Below, piece after piece: positions 17,141 through 26,612 of a stretch of 32,000 bases of DNA. Both the position numbers and the translations under genes were made by a program. The notes below the pieces were generated by a model. The model did no database searches, was not told where the DNA came from, and worked only from the letters and a program-made list of their open reading frames with translations. Numbering within the stretch: position 1 is the stretch's first letter; each line of letters begins with the position of its first letter. The DNA comes from Acaryochloris thomasi RCC1774 (GTDB lineage Bacteria; Cyanobacteriota; Cyanobacteriia; Thermosynechococcales; Thermosynechococcaceae): the NCBI RefSeq assembly GCF_003231495.1, contig NZ_PQWO01000016.1:1-32000 (forward strand), read 5' to 3'.

Positions 17141-18032
17141 ATGTTCGATTGGGTATTGGAGCCACTGGGTTATGCTATGCGTTTATGCGAGATGCGATCG
17201 CATCTTAGTCGGCATCCTGTTGTGTCCGGTCATCGGTAGCTTCTTGATTTTGCAACGCATGACACTGTTGGGGGACGTCATTGCTCACTATGTCTTGCCA
17301 GGGCTTTCGGTTGCTGCCTTCACTGGCATTAATGTCTTGATTGGAGCCTTTTGCTCTGGCTTAGCAGGGGCACTCTTCATCACCTGGATTCGCGCTCAAT
17401 CCCGGATTAAAGCAGATTCGGCAATGGCAATCACATTCTCCACCTTTTTTGCCCTTGGGATTATGCTGCTGTCGCTTCTTAAAAATCAGTTCGACCTAGA
17501 CGGTTTGTTGTTTGGTGACATTCTCGGCGTCACCTCCACTGACATCACGTACACCCTGATCGTCACATTGCTGCTGCTGACAACGGTGAGGCTGGTCTAT
17601 AAAGAACTGCTGCTGTACACCTTTGATCCCACTAGGGCAAAGGTCATGGGCCTTCCCATCAATATTTTGTACATCGGTCTGATGGCTGCAATTACATTGA
17701 CGGTGATTGTTAGTGTGCGGGCCGTTGGCGTCATCTTGGTGATCTCAATGCTTGTTGGGCCAGCACTGACGGCTTATTTACTCGTCAAAGAGCTGCACCA
17801 GATGATGATTGTAGGTGCTGAGTTGGGAGCCAGCGTTAGCGCAGTGGGCGTCTATTGCAGTTACTACACAGGTGTGCCCTCAGGACCAGCCATCGTCTTG
17901 GCATCATCCACACTGTTTGTACTCGTCGTCTTACTCTTGAGTCCTTCGCAGGGTATTCTCACCCGTCTCAACGGTAGAAAGCAGTCACTGATTACCCTCA
18001 TCAATTTGTCGTCTGGCCGCCATAAACATTAG
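17141..18032 (+). pseudogene. ABC-3 family (MntB/ZnuB-like) metal transporter permease, N-terminus frame-disrupted; longest intact ORF 17172-18032
   Basis: ATG 17141 encodes MFDWVLEPLGYA, a typical ABC-3 N-terminus. The body (ILVGILLCPVIGSFLILQRMTLLGDVIAHYVLPG..., 286 aa, many TM helices) is in a different frame. A third frame reads YAFMRDAIA across a TATGC tandem duplication at 17171-17180. Confidence 0.6.
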
Positions 18033-18041
18033 CACTTGTAA

Positions 18042-20150
18042 TCAGGCCATTATTCCTGAATAATTCAATGGCGATGCAGCAGCATCCACGAGAGGCAATA
18101 AAGGCCCTGCCTGCTCTTGGCCGCTTACTGACAGTTCGCTGTAGCACAGGTAAACTCGCTCAGTGACTCGTCCCAGCAGATCTTGCATCAGTCGCTCAAG
18201 CTGTTGCTGATCCTGAACAAGCTCATCATCCACCGTTAGCGGATCGCCAGACCAACTTTGAAGGAAGAAGGGAGCACCCCATAGAACGACTGCCCCTCCT
18301 CCATGCCACAGCGCAGAGCCTGCATCTAACCAGAAATGCCAGCGATGCACCTGACGCGCCATCCGATACTGGAACGTTGTTGAGAGCATAACGGCCTGAT
18401 GGCCTTGATGATTAACCGGATACGGATTGGCCGTAATCGTCCCCTGACGCAAAAGAGCAATAAACTGACCCACCGTTACAGCCATTGGCTCTGTTCGAGT
18501 CTGAGTCTGGCGCAGCCGAGTATCGACCTCCCAATAATGCTGGGCCGTTTCTATCAGTTCTCTCAGAACCGATAGCTGATCAAAGGAAAGCACCTGAGCC
18601 GAAAAAAAGTGCTGAATGGCCCGATCTAAGATGAACACAGGACTCAACGTCAAATAGGGTTGCTGGACTGTCGTTGCCACCGTTTGCTGTGCCAGCCAGC
18701 TCAGAATTCGGTTGTAGGCCACTGTTGCTTGGTGACCCAGTCGATCCCACCTAGGGAAGCTCTCAATCGGTAGTAAACGTGGCTGTTCAGGGTGAGCTTG
18801 AAAACAGTAGTCTGCCAGTAAACCAGCTCGCACCGGGTCGATGAGCTCTGCTTGATCCGAGTCAGACGTTGGAGTCGTCAGAACCACCAGCATCTCTGCA
18901 ATCTGCTCTTGATCCACTAAACGCCCTAGACCTGGATAAACTAAGGTTAGGAGCGTCAGCAAAGCCCTAACCATGGCCGTGCTGTTGAGAGGTCGCTGAT
19001 CCTGAAGTGATTCAACAGCAATCCCTTGGCGAGCTAATATTTCTCGTAGCGTATAGCGGGCAATCGTATCAAGACCCGGACCAATGACAGCAATGTCTCG
19101 CGGCTCAACTTCACCAGATTGAACCGCATCGATAATGGTCTCAGCAGTCTGACGCAGGAGCTGCGCTCGAGAGCTGGTTCGCAGCGACACAATAGAGTCC
19201 GGTAGCGCCACTGATGCATGGCTGAGAAAGTCGATTACAGTAGATGAGATTGTCGACCACCGGCCTGCCTCCATAGGAAAAGCTTCATTAGCGGCCGTTG
19301 CACCTCCCAACGAATACGCCGCAGGCGTCAGGGAAATAACTTGGCAGCGCTCGCAAAGGCCCAGTAGATGGTTTGGATCAGCCCCCAGTCCCAAACGGAT
19401 GGCGCCCTCAGGATTAAAGGTAAAGCCCGCAGGGTGACCGGCTTCCAGCCAGACTTCAAATAGAGAGCGGGTAATTGCCGGATAACTATCAACATCGTCA
19501 GCCATAATGCCCTGGAAGCGCTGTAGCAAATGTCCGCGATAGGTTGGATTTGGCAGCAGGTAGCGCCAGAACAGCTCTGTAATCAGGCCATAGGTCAGCA
19601 GACCGTTATCGAGACACCAATTGCGCCATTGAATCAGACTCTGCCCCAAAATTTCCCACGTTTTGGGCTGATCATGAACAAAACCTTGCTGGAGCCGGTC
19701 GGGAATCTCTTCTAAGGGTGTGCCGCTAAACGCTGCGAGCTGCAGCAGATCTAAGACGCGCCGGACCCAGCGTTCGCAACTCAAGTTTTCAAACTGCCTC
19801 AATTGCTCCCAAACCGCATCATTCCAGAACTGAATTGCCAGCGCCTGCTCAGTCTCTGGCCTCAGACGCACCGGGAAATGAGCCTTAAGCTGCAGTGCCT
19901 CCGTAATCAACGGCCAAAACAACACCACCTCATCCTCAAAGAAGCCCAAAGGTGTGGTGGAGGTTACCGTTGGGTGGGGTGTGATCAATGCAATCTTCTG
20001 CATCAACCGCTGGCGGTTATCGCCATTGACCGCAAACACCAGAAAATTAGAAGCATCCGTCACCTGAGACTCAAGAGCAAGATGATCAATTAGAGCTGTT
20101 GTCTTGCCGCTGCGGACAGGACCAGAGAACCAACGAAGAGAACTGTTCAC
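18042..20150 (-). CDS. UvrD/AddB-like SF1 helicase-related P-loop protein, no recognisable nuclease domain
   Basis: 702 aa from a GTG start. Contains Walker A (GPVRSGKTTAL), a degenerate motif II region (GIMADDVDSYPAITRSLF), later helicase-like blocks (IAVIGPGLD; VMLSTTFQYR) and an AddB-like ending (VYLCYSEL..SGQEQAGPL). Confidence 0.6.
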   Translation of the reverse strand: MNSSLRWFSGPVRSGKTTALIDHLALESQVTDASNFLVFAVNGDNRQRLMQKIALITPHPTVTSTTPLGFFEDEVVLFWPLITEALQLKAHFPVRLRPETEQALAIQFWNDAVWEQLRQFENLSCERWVRRVLDLLQLAAFSGTPLEEIPDRLQQGFVHDQPKTWEILGQSLIQWRNWCLDNGLLTYGLITELFWRYLLPNPTYRGHLLQRFQGIMADDVDSYPAITRSLFEVWLEAGHPAGFTFNPEGAIRLGLGADPNHLLGLCERCQVISLTPAAYSLGGATAANEAFPMEAGRWSTISSTVIDFLSHASVALPDSIVSLRTSSRAQLLRQTAETIIDAVQSGEVEPRDIAVIGPGLDTIARYTLREILARQGIAVESLQDQRPLNSTAMVRALLTLLTLVYPGLGRLVDQEQIAEMLVVLTTPTSDSDQAELIDPVRAGLLADYCFQAHPEQPRLLPIESFPRWDRLGHQATVAYNRILSWLAQQTVATTVQQPYLTLSPVFILDRAIQHFFSAQVLSFDQLSVLRELIETAQHYWEVDTRLRQTQTRTEPMAVTVGQFIALLRQGTITANPYPVNHQGHQAVMLSTTFQYRMARQVHRWHFWLDAGSALWHGGGAVVLWGAPFFLQSWSGDPLTVDDELVQDQQQLERLMQDLLGRVTERVYLCYSELSVSGQEQAGPLLPLVDAAASPLNYSGIMA

Positions 20151-20268
20151 CTAAATCAAACCCGTTTGCTAAAATCCATCATACTCAAATTCACTCTGCG
20201 GGCCTGAACGCTGAATCTATAGCACTAAAGCGACAGTAGAATTAGATAGCCCGGACTCTAGGCACCCC

Positions 20269-21726
20269 ATGCGCTCTCCCCTTGCTTCCACCCTAAAAAA
20301 GACCTTCTTAGCCGCTGAAAAATGGTACCGAAACACACCAGAGCGAGCGTTGGAAGCAGCCTATCAAGCAGCCAAATCAATTAAAGCCATCGAAGATGAA
20401 CACTTTGACGGTCAGCCTATTGGATTTAGCAGTCCCTACACCGGGGCAGTTTCAACCTACTTCCAAACCGAGCGGGATAAAAATCTGAGAACGATCCGGC
20501 GGCGTCTCAATGAATATAAAATCGGCACTTCTTTTGTCGATCTCTACCCCCGCGATCCAGATGGGCCAAACCTGATGCAGCGAATGGGTGTCCCCGGTGA
20601 CGCCTACGACCCCAGCCCCGAAGATATCACCATCGAAGCGGTACCCGAAGTCATTGCTAAGTCAGTTGAGCGCCAGTCCTTACTGGACAAACTCACCTTC
20701 GTTGACTCTGTGTTGATCCGATATACATTGGCATCCACTCGGCGGCCTCAGCCCTCACAGCAGGCCACAAAACGTCAGTCCCCACTCATTCAGACGAACG
20801 AAATCAACGGCAAAGTGAACGGATCGAACCCGCGACAGGAGTCTGTTCCCGTCGTGCTGTCCGTCCAGAATTCGCTCTATGAAGGAGAATTTACGTCCGA
20901 TGACATCTCGGCCGATCCGTCCAAGCTAGACAGTGGCAGTTTCGTTCCCCGCTCCATCCTGAGGACCGCCAACCGATTTCGCAAAGAACTTGATCCAGAT
21001 CCGAGCACTGAAGAAGACATTCTTCAAGACTTTCGGGTGTCTCGCAATCGTACCCAGGGAGCGGTTCGTTTTCTTCTACTCCTGACCATTCTGCCGCTGT
21101 TGACTCAGGTGTTCATGAAATACGTGGTGGTGGGGCCAGTGGTGGATCGCTTTCAGGGCAGTGAAAAAATTGAGATTATCATTAACCCTGAAATTGAGAA
21201 CAAAGTCTTCAATGAGCTTTCGCACTATGAGCAGAGATTAAAATTTCAGAATCTTACTAACCCCGCGCCTATCCCTGAAGCTGATATCAATCAATTGCTC
21301 AGAGAACGGGCCGTGGAGCTATCGGACGAATATCAGTGGGAACTAACAGAACCGATCAAAAACATTTTTGCTGATCTCGTCTCTCTGCTTGTCTTCGCAA
21401 TCCTGATTGCCCGTGGAAAAGAACAGATTGCCATCATCAAATCGTTTTTCGATGAAATCATCTACGGTTTGAGCGATAGTGCCAAGGCGTTTATTATCAT
21501 TCTCTTCACTGATGTCTTTGTGGGCTTTCACTCCCCTCACGGCTGGGAAGTGATTATTGAGAGTGCCCTTTCTCACTTTGGGCTGCCGTTGAACCATAGC
21601 TTTATCAACGTCTTTATTGCGACCTTTCCGGTGATGCTGGATACGGTCTTCAAGTACTGGATTTTCCGCTACTTGAATCAAATTTCTCCGTCTGCAGTTG
21701 CGACCTATCGGACAATGAATGAGTAG
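20269..21726 (+). CDS. pxcA: Proton extrusion protein PxcA (CemA family)
   Basis: 485 aa. The C-terminal membrane domain has the CemA signature (FHSPHGWEVIIES...FIATFPVMLDTVFKYWIFRYLNQISPSAVATYRTMNE), preceded by the long N-terminal region typical of cyanobacterial PxcA. Confidence 0.9.
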   Translation: MRSPLASTLKKTFLAAEKWYRNTPERALEAAYQAAKSIKAIEDEHFDGQPIGFSSPYTGAVSTYFQTERDKNLRTIRRRLNEYKIGTSFVDLYPRDPDGPNLMQRMGVPGDAYDPSPEDITIEAVPEVIAKSVERQSLLDKLTFVDSVLIRYTLASTRRPQPSQQATKRQSPLIQTNEINGKVNGSNPRQESVPVVLSVQNSLYEGEFTSDDISADPSKLDSGSFVPRSILRTANRFRKELDPDPSTEEDILQDFRVSRNRTQGAVRFLLLLTILPLLTQVFMKYVVVGPVVDRFQGSEKIEIIINPEIENKVFNELSHYEQRLKFQNLTNPAPIPEADINQLLRERAVELSDEYQWELTEPIKNIFADLVSLLVFAILIARGKEQIAIIKSFFDEIIYGLSDSAKAFIIILFTDVFVGFHSPHGWEVIIESALSHFGLPLNHSFINVFIATFPVMLDTVFKYWIFRYLNQISPSAVATYRTMNE

Positions 21727-21792
21727 AACAATCGACGATTCTTACTCCTGTCCTCCCAATTTTGAAAGCAGCGGGTCACCCACAGCGTTTTG

Positions 21793-22896
21793 ATGAAGAA
21801 ATTTATTTTCCTGTGGGCGATGACCTATTTACTCGTGATCGGCTGCTATACAGTCGGCGAGACCTTTCCCATTTCAGCTCCCGCAGAGCAATCTAGCAAT
21901 ATTGCTCAAGCCGACCACTCACAAAAACAGCAAGGCGTCTCTTGGGTTGCCGGACCACAACCCATCACTCGGGAAAATTTAGAGTCCCTTAAAGCAAATT
22001 ATGTGAACTGGATTGTCCAGACGCCCTTTGGCTGGCAAAGGGACTATGACTCACCCGAACTGATGTTACAGACAACAGACGGCTATTGGGGTGAAACAGA
22101 TCAGGGATTAGCACTCACCACTCAATATGCTCAGGAGCTAGGGATCAAGACTCTATTAAAACCCCATATTTGGCTCACTCAGGTCCGTGAGGGTAAGTGG
22201 CGCACCGACATTGCGATGCAGTCTGAGGTGGACTGGCAAACTTGGTTCAATCAGTATCGGACTTTTATCCTGCACTACGCGAGGTTCGCTGAAACTCATA
22301 GGATTCCGGCTCTGTGTATTGGCACTGAATTACAGACAACGGCGGTGCAACGTGAACAGGACTGGCGCCAATTAATTGCGGAGATCCGTCAGGTCTATCA
22401 CGGTCAACTCACCTATGCGGCCAACTGGTTTGAAGCCTTTGAGCAGATTCAGTTTTGGGATGCCTTAGATTTCATCGGCATTCAAGCCTACTTTCCCCTA
22501 TCGACAGAGCTTTCTCCCACTATTGAGCAGCTTAAGGCAGGATGGCAACCCTACATCGAGCCAATTACCGCTGTTCAGAAAAAATATCAAAAGCCAGTTA
22601 TTTTCACTGAGATTGGCTATCGCAGTACCGAAGATGCGGCGATAGAACCCTGGAAGTGGCCTGATTCGTCAGAACTAAATCCCAAAGTTTCCGCAACGAA
22701 GGTTGGCTTATTGACGCAGGCTAACTGCTACGAGGCCTTTTTTCAAACCTTCTGGGATCAAGAGTGGTTCGCAGGAGCCTACTGGTGGAAGTGGTTTCCT
22801 GAAATCAACCAAGATTCGCAGCAGGTCGGCACAGGATTTACGCCTCAGAATAAACCTGCTGAAAAAATTTTAAGCAGGCAATATAGCGACACCTAA
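21793..22896 (+). CDS. Putative glycoside hydrolase, clan GH-A-like TIM barrel, lipoprotein
   Basis: The signal peptide has a lipobox (LLVIGC). The body carries TIM-barrel glycosidase-like blocks (ALCIGTELQ, LTYAANWFE, VIFTEIGYRS, AYWWKW). The family assignment is uncertain. ATG 21793 is preferred over TTG 21790. Confidence 0.6.
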   Translation: MKKFIFLWAMTYLLVIGCYTVGETFPISAPAEQSSNIAQADHSQKQQGVSWVAGPQPITRENLESLKANYVNWIVQTPFGWQRDYDSPELMLQTTDGYWGETDQGLALTTQYAQELGIKTLLKPHIWLTQVREGKWRTDIAMQSEVDWQTWFNQYRTFILHYARFAETHRIPALCIGTELQTTAVQREQDWRQLIAEIRQVYHGQLTYAANWFEAFEQIQFWDALDFIGIQAYFPLSTELSPTIEQLKAGWQPYIEPITAVQKKYQKPVIFTEIGYRSTEDAAIEPWKWPDSSELNPKVSATKVGLLTQANCYEAFFQTFWDQEWFAGAYWWKWFPEINQDSQQVGTGFTPQNKPAEKILSRQYSDT

Positions 22897-23070
22897 TGGC
22901 TGAAACAGGCCAACTGACAACACGTTCCATAAGATGGTTAAGACTGCAGTGTCAAACAGAAAATCCACCTAGCGCGTCAGGAGTTGCCGCAAATGAGTAT
23001 TCAAAGATAGCTTTTATTCTTGAGAACTCTTCGTCTGAACATCAGAATATTCAGCGCTTTAAAAGACTTA

Positions 23071-23111
23071 GCCGTCAATTAGGGAGATTTGTCTCTCCCC
23101 TAATTGACGGC
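23071..23111 (-). terminator. Strong hairpin between the convergent hydrolase and rplY genes
   Basis: 14-bp perfect stem GCCGTCAATTAGGG/CCCTAATTGACGGC (23071-23084/23098-23111), extended by 3 bp after a C bulge, with a 6-nt loop. On the minus strand it lies 44 nt after the rplY stop and is followed by UAAGUCUUUU. Confidence 0.5.
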
Positions 23112-23154
23112 TGAACTGCCATTATGGAAAACGGCTGCCTCAGGCCCACGGCAC

Positions 23155-23796
23155 TTATTCTGCGGACGCTTCGTCGCTTGCGGGCTCACCAGCAGCTTCT
23201 TCAGAGCCTTCTTCTGTCTCATCATCAGTGACTGTTGCACCCGCTGGCGCTAAGACTGATGCTACAACACGGTTTCCTTCTCCGGCAGAGGTAACGCCTT
23301 TAGGCAGAGACAGTTCATTCACGTGAATGGCATCCCCAATATTGAATCCGCTGATATCAATATCAATTGATTCTGGGATGCTCTGAGGCTCACACTGTAG
23401 CTCTAAAGAGGTTAGAACCAAGTCTAGGGAACCGTTGTCCTGCTTGACGCCAATGGGTTCGCCAACAAAGTTAAGCGGCACAGTCACGGTCACACTGTCT
23501 TGACCTGCGATCGCAAAGAAGCTGAGGTGATAGAGACTTGATTTCCAAGGATGAGTTTGAACATCCCGAAGAAGGGACTGACAGTCTAGAGAAAGTTCGG
23601 GGACTTTGACTGTGATCAACGTATTATTGACCTCCACCGCAGTCAGCATCCGCTCGGCAATGGCTAGCGGCAGAGAAAGAGAAACTGATTCGGTCCCTTC
23701 ATGTCCATAGAGCACGGCGGGGAGCTTGCCCATTCTGCGTAGCTTTCTAGGGTTCACTCCACTCTGGCGGGGTTCACACTCAATGGTGAATTCCAT
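23155..23796 (-). CDS. rplY: 50S ribosomal protein L25/general stress protein Ctc
   Basis: 213 aa. Contains RKLRRMGKLPAVLYGHEG near the N-terminus, QTHPWK...HLSF, a two-domain Ctc-type length and an acidic C-terminal tail. Confidence 0.9.
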   Translation of the reverse strand: MEFTIECEPRQSGVNPRKLRRMGKLPAVLYGHEGTESVSLSLPLAIAERMLTAVEVNNTLITVKVPELSLDCQSLLRDVQTHPWKSSLYHLSFFAIAGQDSVTVTVPLNFVGEPIGVKQDNGSLDLVLTSLELQCEPQSIPESIDIDISGFNIGDAIHVNELSLPKGVTSAGEGNRVVASVLAPAGATVTDDETEEGSEEAAGEPASDEASAE

Positions 23797-24032
23797 AACA
23801 AAAACTGTCCTTTTGAATCCAAATTACGGCTGATAGTCTGATCCGTTGAAGCTGCTGACCTCCAGATGCTGGCTGTTGGTACAGTCAAGAGCGCATCAAT
23901 GGGGTCGACGAAGACTATTCATGCGATATTTTACTTCACTACTATATCCTTAACCGTTGCTTCGTTATCGATTCAATGCTCAAGTGATGTCTATCTATGA
24001 CTAACATCATGACATTCTCCGCAAACGGACGC

Positions 24033-24971
24033 TTATTCAGGGCTGGATGAAGGTGTGGTTGGCACCTGAGGGCTGGCAGTTGGCTCTGGTGTGACTTGTG
24101 TTTGTTGGGCGGCGGCTTTAATTGGCTCTTTATATTGTTCGGGAGCCAAGGCAGCAGCAGATTGAAAGAAGGTTTGGGCGTCTGCTTTATTACCTTGGGC
24201 ATCAAGGGCCACGGCCTTGCCATAGAAGGCTCGAAAATCTTTGGGGCTCTCTTTAATCAAATCATCGTAGAGCGTGAGGGCTTGGTCGTAGTTTTGCTGA
24301 TCAACATAAACCTGCCCCAAAATCAGGTTAATCGCCAGCTCGTCCATCGTGCCAGGGGTAAGCTGGTTGGCCTGCTTCGCGGTATTGAGGGTGGTTTCCA
24401 GGATATCAATAGCGGCAGTGGGACGCTTCTCTTGCAGTAAGCCAGCGACGAGTCCCTGTAGGGCTTCAACATTGGCAGGGTCTTTTGCCAAAATATCGCG
24501 GAAGGTTTGAGAGGCAGCCTCGCGGTCACCCGCTTGCTGCTGTGAACGCCCTAGCAGCACCTGATATTCAGTCCGTTCAGGTGAAAGCTTCGCTAGTTTC
24601 GTGAGCGGTTCAACCACGTCAGCAGGTTTTTTAAGCCCTAAAGCAATCATCTGCAGCCGAGTCTGAACTAAAGCTTCGAGAACTTTTGGATTTTCCGGCT
24701 CTCGTTCGAGCACAATTTGATAACTTCTTTCTAAGTCCTGCAGCTCTTTTTGCGGCCCGTCTTGCTGACCGTCAACGGTGGCGGTGGGTGTCGCGGTGGG
24801 CTGCGAAGAGGAGTTATTACTGAACAACTCTTCAAAGACAGGGATGAAGGAAGCCCCGGCCAGTCCGACGACGGCGATGATCAGGAAAATCCAAATGAGC
24901 CAGCGCTGTTTTTTATTCTGCTGTTTCTTCTGCACCGCTTGCCTCTGAGTTCTGCTGCTATTATCGGTCAT
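24033..24971 (-). CDS. Membrane-anchored tetratricopeptide repeat protein
   Basis: An N-terminal basic segment and TM helix (WLIWIFLIIAVVGLAGASFIPVF) are followed by several TPR-like units and a Pro/Thr/Ser-rich tail. ATG 24971 is preceded by GAAGGAG. The track uses GTG 24989. Confidence 0.75.
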   Translation of the reverse strand: MTDNSSRTQRQAVQKKQQNKKQRWLIWIFLIIAVVGLAGASFIPVFEELFSNNSSSQPTATPTATVDGQQDGPQKELQDLERSYQIVLEREPENPKVLEALVQTRLQMIALGLKKPADVVEPLTKLAKLSPERTEYQVLLGRSQQQAGDREAASQTFRDILAKDPANVEALQGLVAGLLQEKRPTAAIDILETTLNTAKQANQLTPGTMDELAINLILGQVYVDQQNYDQALTLYDDLIKESPKDFRAFYGKAVALDAQGNKADAQTFFQSAAALAPEQYKEPIKAAAQQTQVTPEPTASPQVPTTPSSSPE

Positions 24972-25081
24972 CGTCTCCTTCTCTTTCACTGAATATTTAC
25001 GCTGGTTCGGTTGAGGCCGAAGGATAACCTATGTCACACTCACTGAATGTGTGATTCTTCAATGACTGTGAGATCGGTAAG

Positions 25082-25633
25082 GTGAGACAGCTAATTTTAG
25101 TGACGGGTCCAGCCCGTTCGGGTAAAAGTGAATGGGCTGAGGCTTTGGCGAAGGAGATGGAGGGACCAGTGGTCTATGTTGCCACATCCTCTGGCAATGA
25201 CCAAGATGCAGAGTGGCAGAGAAGGTTGCGATCGCATCAAATTCGTCGTCCTCAAACCTGGAAAACCCTAGAGATCCCCATTGCCCTACCCACAGCTCTC
25301 GATCAAGCCACATTGGGGACTTGTCTGCTAATTGACTCTCTGGGAACATGGCTTGCCAACGTCTTAGAACAAGAGAATGAACATTGGCAACAAACATCAG
25401 AGGCTCTAATTTACAGCCTCAATCACTCACCCGCCACCGTCATCTTAGTCGCAGAAGAAACAGGTTGGGGCGTCATTCCGGCCTATCCCTCCGGGCGTCT
25501 TTTTCGCGATCGGCTAGGCACCTTGGTTCGACAGATTGGCAATATTGCAGATGCCGTATATCTAGTGGGGGCAGGATATGCCCTGAATCTTAAAGTTTTA
25601 GGGACACCCGTCCCTGCATCAGACGCCCTTTAG
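25082..25633 (+). CDS. cobU: Bifunctional adenosylcobinamide kinase/adenosylcobinamide-phosphate guanylyltransferase
   Basis: 183 aa from a GTG start. Has the P-loop ILVTGPARSGKSEWAE, the H.I.RRP... region and LVAEETGWGVIP typical of CobU/CobP. Confidence 0.88.
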   Translation: MRQLILVTGPARSGKSEWAEALAKEMEGPVVYVATSSGNDQDAEWQRRLRSHQIRRPQTWKTLEIPIALPTALDQATLGTCLLIDSLGTWLANVLEQENEHWQQTSEALIYSLNHSPATVILVAEETGWGVIPAYPSGRLFRDRLGTLVRQIGNIADAVYLVGAGYALNLKVLGTPVPASDAL

Positions 25634-25758
25634 ATAACCGACAGTACCACTCTAGAGAGGGCTGCAGCGATGCATACCCAGACCTGACAACTTTCTGGTG
25701 TGCGTTAACATACGGAGCAAGTAATGAAATCTTGGGATCTCTCCAAGAGGGGTCTATT

Positions 25759-26178
25759 ATGGCTAGCGAAATTGAAGTTAAACAATACCTGGCTTACTGG
25801 ATGCAGCTGGGCAAACACCTCGTCCTCCAGGGAGGACAAAAGACGGTAAAGCCCGGGGCGATCATCGCCGGTGATCGGTACAGCGCAGAGTTTGAAGCTT
25901 GCTGGGAGCAAGCCCGCGATCCTAACTCGGGTGATTGCTATCTTGAGGGGGCAGAATTTACCATTGCTCAGCTTTTAACCGAGCAGTGGGACGTCATCGA
26001 CTGTGGTCGCTGCACCATGCCCTCCCCGATCCCCAGTGCAGGGGTGGCCTCTTCAGAATGTCCCTGCCACGATCTACCCAGCTGGCCCAATAACGAGTTG
26101 CCTCATCCTCGCCTACCGATCAGCAATCAGCCGCGCCTTAAAGATATCCGCCAACGTCTTGTGGATTCTAAACCCTAG
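25759..26178 (+). CDS. Cysteine-containing hypothetical protein (139 aa)
   Basis: ATG 25759 gives MASEIEVKQYLAYWMQLGK.... There are six Cys residues, including CGRC and CPC pairs. No domain recognised. The track uses TTG 25732. Confidence 0.55.
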   Translation: MASEIEVKQYLAYWMQLGKHLVLQGGQKTVKPGAIIAGDRYSAEFEACWEQARDPNSGDCYLEGAEFTIAQLLTEQWDVIDCGRCTMPSPIPSAGVASSECPCHDLPSWPNNELPHPRLPISNQPRLKDIRQRLVDSKP

Positions 26179-26229
26179 GCTCTACCGATCATTGGCAACG
26201 CTCTCAGATTTGCAGCTCCCCTACAATAA

Positions 26230-26259
26230 AGTCCCCACCGCAAACATACAGTGGGGACT
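26230..26259. terminator. Hairpin between convergent genes (possible bidirectional terminator)
   Basis: 9-bp perfect stem AGTCCCCAC/GTGGGGACT (26230-26238/26251-26259) with a 12-nt loop. The flanking U tracts are weak on both strands. Confidence 0.4.
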
Positions 26260-26333
26260 CAATTAATTGAAAGGGTCGTCAAACCGCAAAAAGCATTAGT
26301 ACACCTCAGCGACCATCACATAAAACGAAGCGA

Positions 26334-26612
26334 CTAGAAACGACGACCACCGCCACCACCATCATTACTCTGGCGTGGGCGGGCCTTATTCACCTTGAGT
26401 GTACGGCCCATCCATTCGGCACCATCTAAGGCTTCGATGGCAGCCTCTTCTTCTGCATCACTAGACATTTCAACAAAACCAAAGCCGCGCATGCGACCTG
26501 TTTCTCGATCAGTGGGTAGCTTGACGCTTTTTACAGCCCCATATTCAGCAAAGACCTGGCTGAGATCTTCCTGAGTTGCCTCGTAGGAAAGGTTCCCAAT
26601 ATAAATTGACAT
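26334..26612 (-). CDS. RRM-type RNA-binding protein with Gly-rich C-terminus (cyanobacterial Rbp)
   Basis: 92 aa with RNP2 (IYIGNL), RNP1 (RGFGFVEM) and a GGGGGRRF tail. GGAGA lies upstream of the ATG. Confidence 0.93.
   Translation of the reverse strand: MSIYIGNLSYEATQEDLSQVFAEYGAVKSVKLPTDRETGRMRGFGFVEMSSDAEEEAAIEALDGAEWMGRTLKVNKARPRQSNDGGGGGRRF

Noticed and set aside
22896-23114. 72-aa ORF between the hydrolase gene and rplY
   Set aside because: No RBS and no motifs. Its 3' third is the 41-nt terminator hairpin (23071-23111).
23942-24992. ORFs 23942-24223(-), 24096-24440(+), 24323-24529(-) and 24750-24992(+) overlapping the TPR gene
   Set aside because: These are shadow ORFs in a GC- and Ala/Gln-rich gene with no independent support.
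25059-25911. Antisense or alternative ORFs around cobU (25059-25397(-), 25384-25593(+), 25705-25911(-))
   Set aside because: These are shadows of cobU and of the Cys-containing ORF, with no motifs.
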